This document shows positions 59,341-64,000 of a stretch of DNA of 64,000 nucleotides, in pieces (position 1 is the stretch's first letter; every line of letters begins with the position of its first letter). Made by a program: the position numbers and the translations under genes. The DNA is taken from NCBI GenBank assembly GCA_905480355.1, contig CAJQQA010000018.1, positions 12 through 64,011 of the forward strand. The letters run 5' to 3'. Below the pieces are notes generated by a model. That model made no database searches and was not told where the DNA came from. It saw only the letters and a list, made by a program, of their open reading frames with translations. This DNA comes from an uncultured Flavobacteriales bacterium. Its GTDB lineage: Bacteria > Bacteroidota > Bacteroidia > Flavobacteriales_D > Crocinitomicaceae.

Positions 59341-60384
59341 CTAAATTTGAGGATTAAGCTCTTTAATTAAGGCTTCAAGTCCTCCTGAAGATGGCACTGG
59401 AGCATGAGCATCAACAACTTTAAAGTTTTTGTCAATCACGACATATCTTGGTATGAATTTAAGCTCCCAATCTTTAACTTGTGTTTCTTCGCCACGTGCC
59501 AAAAACATATTGTTTTCAAAACCTAAGTCGTTTGCCATTTCTATCCAACCAGGTTTCTCACACCAAACAGCAATACTTACAAAATTCACTTCCTTTCCGT
59601 ATTTCTCTTCTAACGCTTTGAATGAAGGCATTTCTCTTTTACAAGGCCCACACCATGTTGCCCAAAAATCAATTACAATTGTTTTCCCCTTGTATTCTGA
59701 TAAGTTAACACCATTTTCTTTCAAATCGATTCCTTTAATGTCAATCCCTTCAGTACCTGCCAAGATTTGCACCATTGCATTGAATTCACGCATTGAACTG
59801 ATCTGAGCTTTTATTTGCACTTTTACATTCTCCAAATCAGAAATTTTCTTGTCTCCATACGCTTTAAAATCTGGAAGTTCATTTTGATAATCTTTAACTA
59901 TGTCAGTAATACCTGCAAAAGAATTATCCATAAATGCATAAATTTTATTTGTATCGGCATCATCATCGAAAGCAAAAATACCGTTCATTGCAACCTCATT
60001 CATTAAATTAAGGTTTTTTACTGCATTGTTCTTAGCTGCACCTTTTCCAGAATAAATAATTGTTTCATCGAACATCTTTGTGTTAAGTGCCATATAAACC
60101 TCATCACCTGGCGAAAGTATAAATGGACAAGATTCATTTCCATCACTAAATGATAATTCTGTAACACTTTTCAGTGTAAAATCCATATTGAACGAACCAT
60201 CTGTGGTCAAAACTGCAGAATCCAGCACTTCCCTTTTGGCAGCTCTACCTTCTCCAACTGTTTGCGTAACAAAAACTTTGTCACCTTTAGGGTTTGTGAT
60301 TTTCCCATTTAAAGTTGCTATGTCTTGGGCCATTAAAGTTGCCAATGAGCTGCTTAAAGCGATAATCGCTAATATATTTTTCAT
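59341..60384 (-). CDS. TlpA-family thiol:disulfide oxidoreductase (thioredoxin fold) with an N-terminal extension
   Basis: 347 aa with a signal peptide and IVIDFWATWCGPCKREMP. Confidence 0.85.
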   Translation of the reverse strand: MKNILAIIALSSSLATLMAQDIATLNGKITNPKGDKVFVTQTVGEGRAAKREVLDSAVLTTDGSFNMDFTLKSVTELSFSDGNESCPFILSPGDEVYMALNTKMFDETIIYSGKGAAKNNAVKNLNLMNEVAMNGIFAFDDDADTNKIYAFMDNSFAGITDIVKDYQNELPDFKAYGDKKISDLENVKVQIKAQISSMREFNAMVQILAGTEGIDIKGIDLKENGVNLSEYKGKTIVIDFWATWCGPCKREMPSFKALEEKYGKEVNFVSIAVWCEKPGWIEMANDLGFENNMFLARGEETQVKDWELKFIPRYVVIDKNFKVVDAHAPVPSSGGLEALIKELNPQI

Positions 60385-60766
60385 GTTTTAGTAATTAATG
60401 GATATAAACCCATTTGTAAGTTAAACTGATTCTTGCGCCCTAAATTACAACTATTAGAGCGGTTTAATAAAAAATTGTTATTCTGACATTATTTTTTTCT
60501 GACTACATACTAAAATACCATTTGATTTGGAGTTATTGTTAATCAACAATTTAACTATGCATGCACATTCATTTTAATTCATAAAACCCTCATAATCAAT
60601 TCAAAAAATATGTTAAATTTTCGCTTTTACAAAATAAATTCAAATACTCCTCGTTAGATATAACAACAATACGAGTTGAAGAAAACACAAAAGTTGGCAC
60701 ACAATTTGAATGTAAATAATCAACTAAGTAGAAGTTAGTTTTCATAAGTAGTAGTAGTTTAGGTAT

Positions 60767-60806
60767 TGAAAGGGAAGGACGCTAGTCTTTCCCTTTCATG
60801 TTTTAT
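60767..60806 (+). terminator. Orphan strong hairpin with a T-rich tail (intrinsic-terminator-like) in the tlpA-lepA intergenic region
   Basis: The 14-bp stem tgaaagggaaggac (60767..60780) pairs with gtctttccctttca (60785..60798) with one G-U pair and a gcta loop, followed by tgttttat. No annotated plus-strand gene ends here. Confidence 0.6.
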
Positions 60807-61023
60807 AGTGGAAAATTATTAATTCTATTAAATAACTAACAACTATGATGATTACATATCTATACATTGGATAGTTTGCTGTTGAATTTTACGTACTCAT
60901 AATAATTAGAATAAATAGGGCCTTTCTATCTAAGTTTTACATTCTATTCGCGCCAAAGCACACCCAGTTCATTATTTTGCTGTATTTTTGCTCGTTGCTA
61001 GACTTGGCAGAATTTATACATCT

Positions 61024-62820
61024 ATGAAGAACATTCGGAATTTTTGCATTATTGCACATATTGATCACGGAAAGAGCACCTTAGCGGATAGACTTTTGCA
61101 GACAACGGGGACTATTTCTGATCGAGAAATGCAAAACCAAGCTTTAGATGATATGGATATCGAAAGAGAAAGAGGTATCACTATTAAGAGCCATGCAATT
61201 CAAATGAATTACAACAAGGACGGCCAAGATTACGTTTTAAATCTAATTGACACTCCAGGTCATGTTGATTTTTCTTACGAGGTATCTCGATCAATTGCCG
61301 CTTGTGAAGGCGCATTATTAATTGTTGATGCATCTCAGGGAATTGAAGCACAAACAATTTCAAACTTATATTTAGCATTGGAGCATGATTTAGAAATCAT
61401 TCCAATTTTGAACAAAATGGATTTGCCAGGTGCACAACCTGAAGAAGTAACTGATCAAATTGTTGAGTTGATCGGTTGCGATCCAAATGATATAATTCCA
61501 GCTTCTGGGAAGACTGGTTTAGGTGTCATGGAGATTCTTGAAGCAGTTGTAAATCGTATCCCAGCTCCCCAAGGAGATGAAAACGCACCATTGCAAGCAA
61601 TGATTTTTGATTCTGTCTTTAATTCTTTTAGGGGTATTATTGCCTACTTTAGAATAAAAAATGGGGTTTTAAGAAAAGGGGAGAAAATCACCTTCTTAAA
61701 TACTGGGAAATCATATAACGCTGAAGAAGTTGGAATTCTGAAAATGGATTTACAACCAAGAAATGAAGTCAAAGCTGGTGATGTTGGTTATATAATTTCT
61801 GGAATTAAAAAAGCAGCCGAGGTAAAAGTTGGAGATACAATTACAACTCAAGAAAACCCAACTCAAGAGGCAATTAAAGGATTTGAAGACGTAAAACCAA
61901 TGGTTTTTGCTGGAATTTACCCTGTTGATACGGATGATTATGAAGAGCTTCGTTATTCAATGGAAAAATTGCAGTTGAATGATTCATCTTTGGTTTTTGA
62001 GCCGGAATCATCAGCAGCTCTAGGGTTTGGTTTTAGATGTGGATTCTTGGGAATGCTGCACATGGAAATTATCCAAGAAAGACTGGAACGAGAATTTAAC
62101 ATGACCGTTATTACAACTGTTCCCAATGTTTCTTACAAGGCATACATGCGAAGGACTCCTGATGTTCCAAAAATTGTAAATAATCCTTCAGAGCTTCCAG
62201 ACCCTTCAGGAATGGAAAAAATTGAAGAACCGTATATCAAAGCTCAGGTTATTACGAAGTCAGAGTATATAGGTCAAATAATGAATTTGTGCATTGAAAA
62301 AAGAGGCGATTTGACAAATCAAGTGTATTTAACACAAGACCGTGTCGAGCTTTCTTTCGAGATGCCAATGGGAGAAATTGTATTTGATTTTTACGACCGT
62401 TTGAAGACTGTCTCTAGAGGATATGCTTCATTTGATTATCATCCAATTGGATACAGAACGTCTGATCTTATTCGAATGGATTTGTTGTTGAATGCCGAAA
62501 TGGTTGATGCCTTATCTGCATTGGTGCATAGAAGTAACGCTTATGAGTTAGGAAAGAAGATCTGTGTTAAATTGAAAGAATTAATTCCACGACAACAATT
62601 TGAGATTCCTATTCAAGCAGCGATTGGAGCGAAAGTTATCGCAAGAGAAACGATTAAAGCACTACGGAAAGATGTTACTGCGAAATGTTATGGTGGTGAT
62701 ATTTCTAGAAAACGTAAGTTATTAGAGAAGCAAAAGGCCGGGAAAAAGAGAATGCGTCAAGTAGGTCGTGTAGAGATTCCTCAAGAAGCCTTTTTAGCGG
62801 TACTGAAGTTGAATGATTAA
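61024..62820 (+). CDS. lepA: Translation elongation factor 4
   Basis: [33 protein letters not shown] and NKMD, with the LepA-specific C-terminal domain. The ATG at 61024 is preferred to the TTG at 60988. Confidence 0.97.
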   Translation: MKNIRNFCIIAHIDHGKSTLADRLLQTTGTISDREMQNQALDDMDIERERGITIKSHAIQMNYNKDGQDYVLNLIDTPGHVDFSYEVSRSIAACEGALLIVDASQGIEAQTISNLYLALEHDLEIIPILNKMDLPGAQPEEVTDQIVELIGCDPNDIIPASGKTGLGVMEILEAVVNRIPAPQGDENAPLQAMIFDSVFNSFRGIIAYFRIKNGVLRKGEKITFLNTGKSYNAEEVGILKMDLQPRNEVKAGDVGYIISGIKKAAEVKVGDTITTQENPTQEAIKGFEDVKPMVFAGIYPVDTDDYEELRYSMEKLQLNDSSLVFEPESSAALGFGFRCGFLGMLHMEIIQERLEREFNMTVITTVPNVSYKAYMRRTPDVPKIVNNPSELPDPSGMEKIEEPYIKAQVITKSEYIGQIMNLCIEKRGDLTNQVYLTQDRVELSFEMPMGEIVFDFYDRLKTVSRGYASFDYHPIGYRTSDLIRMDLLLNAEMVDALSALVHRSNAYELGKKICVKLKELIPRQQFEIPIQAAIGAKVIARETIKALRKDVTAKCYGGDISRKRKLLEKQKAGKKRMRQVGRVEIPQEAFLAVLKLND

Positions 62821-62853
62821 AGTTCTCGAACTTTTATTCTGCTTGATAAGTAT

Positions 62854-63636
62854 TTAAAGTTTACTGCTTAACTCATTCTTTAAACCACTCCATTCAACAA
62901 GATGCATTTTAACTGTACCCACTGGTATTTTCGCCTTCACTAAAACAGGTATTTTATTTTTATCTGCTGTAATCCAGAACTGAACATCTTCCTCTGTTTC
63001 AAAATATCTGCCTGTTTGCACAACTGGTACAAACTTATGTACTTTAAATTTTCCTTTTCTAATTTTAATCACTTCATCACCCATATATTTTATCTCCAGA
63101 TCAAAAACTTCATCGTCCATAAAACACTTGAATTTAAATTTTTTGCCAGGTTTCATATTTGTGAAATCAAGTGTTCTTGCTTTGTAGAAAGAAGAAATCA
63201 TATCTTGGATACCTAATGGTGTTTTAAAGTGCTTATCACCATTATAAACCTTATTCTCATTTTGCTTAAACGTATATTTCTGATTGATTTTGTATCCTCC
63301 TTCATTAACATCCCGCACAAAAATCCAAGGCATTATTGATTTTTGATCGATGTAACTTTGGTAAGTATCTCTCACTTTATAAAATGCGCTAAAAGCACCT
63401 AGAGTTTTTCCTGTGCCTACAACATGGAATAAAGAACGATTATTCCCTTTAATCGTGGTCGACTTCACTTCAAGTTTTGCTTCTCCAGCATCCACAAAAC
63501 CGTAAGTAATTCTATACCTCAATTTTTCTCCTATTTGGAAAGCAGAATTAGAAACAGAAGGGTAGCTAAACATATTAGAGCTTGTCATTCCAAAGAATAA
63601 ACCAATTAGAGCGATGGCGTAGATAAATTTTTTCAT
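62854..63636 (-). CDS. DUF3108-like secreted protein
   Basis: 260 aa with a signal peptide and GEKLRYRITYGFVDAGEAKLEV. Family assignment is by eye. Confidence 0.6.
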   Translation of the reverse strand: MKKFIYAIALIGLFFGMTSSNMFSYPSVSNSAFQIGEKLRYRITYGFVDAGEAKLEVKSTTIKGNNRSLFHVVGTGKTLGAFSAFYKVRDTYQSYIDQKSIMPWIFVRDVNEGGYKINQKYTFKQNENKVYNGDKHFKTPLGIQDMISSFYKARTLDFTNMKPGKKFKFKCFMDDEVFDLEIKYMGDEVIKIRKGKFKVHKFVPVVQTGRYFETEEDVQFWITADKNKIPVLVKAKIPVGTVKMHLVEWSGLKNELSSKL

Positions 63637-63733
63637 ATTCCTGAGATTAATATTAAACGGATTGAATACATTGGATATTGCAAAGGCTATGCCAGATTTT
63701 GATTTAGATCAAGAAAACAAAGAGATATCAGTC

Positions 63734-63767
63734 TTTTTCGCAAAATTCAATTGAATTTTGCGAAAAA
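63734..63767. repeat. Perfect 34-bp palindrome
   Basis: tttttcgcaaaattcaa|ttgaattttgcgaaaaa. The two 17-nt arms are exact reverse complements with no spacer. It lies 50 nt downstream of the leuS stop and about 98 nt upstream of the DUF3108-like gene start. Confidence 0.9.
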
Positions 63768-63816
63768 AGTTCCTTGACAATACGCTAAACAGCAAAGAAC
63801 ATCAATCATGATATTC

Positions 63817-64000
63817 TTATATTACAACATTCACAATTCTACCTGGAACAACGATCACCTTCTTTGGAGAGTTGCCTTCCAACCATTTGATTGCAATGTC
63901 GTGAGCTAAAACTGCGGCTTCTACCTCTTTTGGATTCATTTCTGTAGGAAGTTCAATTTTGAATCTCATCTTACCATTAATAGAAACTGGGTAGTTAACA
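63817..64000 (-). CDS. leuS: Leucyl-tRNA synthetase, C-terminal 60 codons (gene continues past the right edge)
   Basis: Own translation: [60 protein letters not shown]-stop (taa at 63817..63819). This pattern is typical of the LeuRS C-terminal domain. Confidence 0.75.
   Translation of the reverse strand, partial: VNYPVSINGKMRFKIELPTEMNPKEVEAAVLAHDIAIKWLEGNSPKKVIVVPGRIVNVVI

Noticed and set aside
60694-60709. Calling TTGGCACACAATTTGA a bona fide sigma54 promoter feature
   Set aside because: The -12 element reads TTGA rather than TTGC, so the conserved C is missing, and no enhancer-binding-protein gene is nearby. It is kept only as part of the small-RNA hypothesis, not annotated as a promoter.
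60596-60745. 49-codon minus-strand ORF (MKTNFYLVDYLHSNCVPTFVFSSTRIVVISNEEYLNLFCKSENLTYFLN) in the tlpA-lepA gap
   Set aside because: It is below the track threshold and has no TM segment, signal or motif. By my rough estimate, an ORF of this length is not surprising given the number of ATG starts available in this AT-rich gap. It is worth a homology search only.
60385-61023. Possible replication origin in the long AT-rich interval
   Set aside because: There is no cluster of DnaA boxes (TTATCCACA or its complement) and no dnaA or dnaN nearby.
60988-61023. N-terminal extensions from alternative start codons in the ORF track (lepA 60988, sod 29820, lipB 35972, fhs 53889, thioesterase 36017, GT4 11423, amidohydrolase 25387, sulfatase 39506, NlpC/P60 49878, hydroxylase 10805)
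   Set aside because: In each case a downstream ATG, or GTG for NlpC/P60, coincides with the conserved N-terminus or signal peptide of the family and removes gene overlaps. The shorter models were used.
62821-62853. Short hairpin aaagtt-ctcg-aacttt after the lepA stop as a terminator
   Set aside because: It is only a 6-bp all-A/T-rich stem, too weak to call with confidence. The convergent DUF3108-like gene ends 33 nt away.
1-64000. Search for mobile elements, defence islands, prophage remnants, tRNA/rRNA genes and CRISPR arrays
   Set aside because: No ORF shows integrase, transposase, recombinase, restriction-modification, toxin-antitoxin, nuclease-helicase or Cas-like motifs. No tRNA-like T-arm sequences occur in intergenic regions. 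Gene content and composition look uniformly like core chromosome.

Overview
This window is 64 kb of a low-GC Bacteroidota chromosome, probably Flavobacteriia-like. The lineage call rests on T9SS type-B C-terminal sorting domains, SprB-type repeats, TTG/TAnnTTTG promoters and ftsX-DUF3098-uppP-truB synteny. The region is densely coded on both strands, with about 55 CDS, almost all housekeeping or envelope genes. Recognised genes include tdk, a murF-alr fusion, hflX, Mn-type sod, apbC/mrp, NifU-like genes, lipB, hppA, accC, accB, fabH, rpmF, yceD-like, pdxA, pepA, truB, uppP, ftsX, fhs, lepA and the 3' end of leuS. The left 6 kb holds the 5' part of a giant secreted protein that runs off the window edge. 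It combines a choice-of-anchor-L-like domain, a Calx-beta-like module, a P-domain-like module and at least 18 SprB-type repeats. I found no rRNA, tRNA, CRISPR array, transposase, integrase, phage gene or recognisable defence genes, and no obvious compositional island, so this looks like core genome rather than an accessory region. I cannot point to a convincing novel multi-gene system. The best leads are: (1) an 88-residue tail with 11 cysteines on the membrane pyrophosphatase; (2) a TonB-dependent receptor paired with a small Cys-rich HYC_CC_PP-like protein; (3) a 640-bp gene-free interval upstream of lepA with an orphan strong terminator hairpin and a sigma54-like/-7-like promoter element, a candidate small RNA; (4) an amidohydrolase operon with three amidohydrolase-like modules of which only one keeps the HxH metal motif; (5) a membrane-anchored MutS paralog; (6) the giant repeat protein and its smaller paralog. 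All functional names come from motif recognition by eye on the supplied or self-made translations, and no database search was possible.
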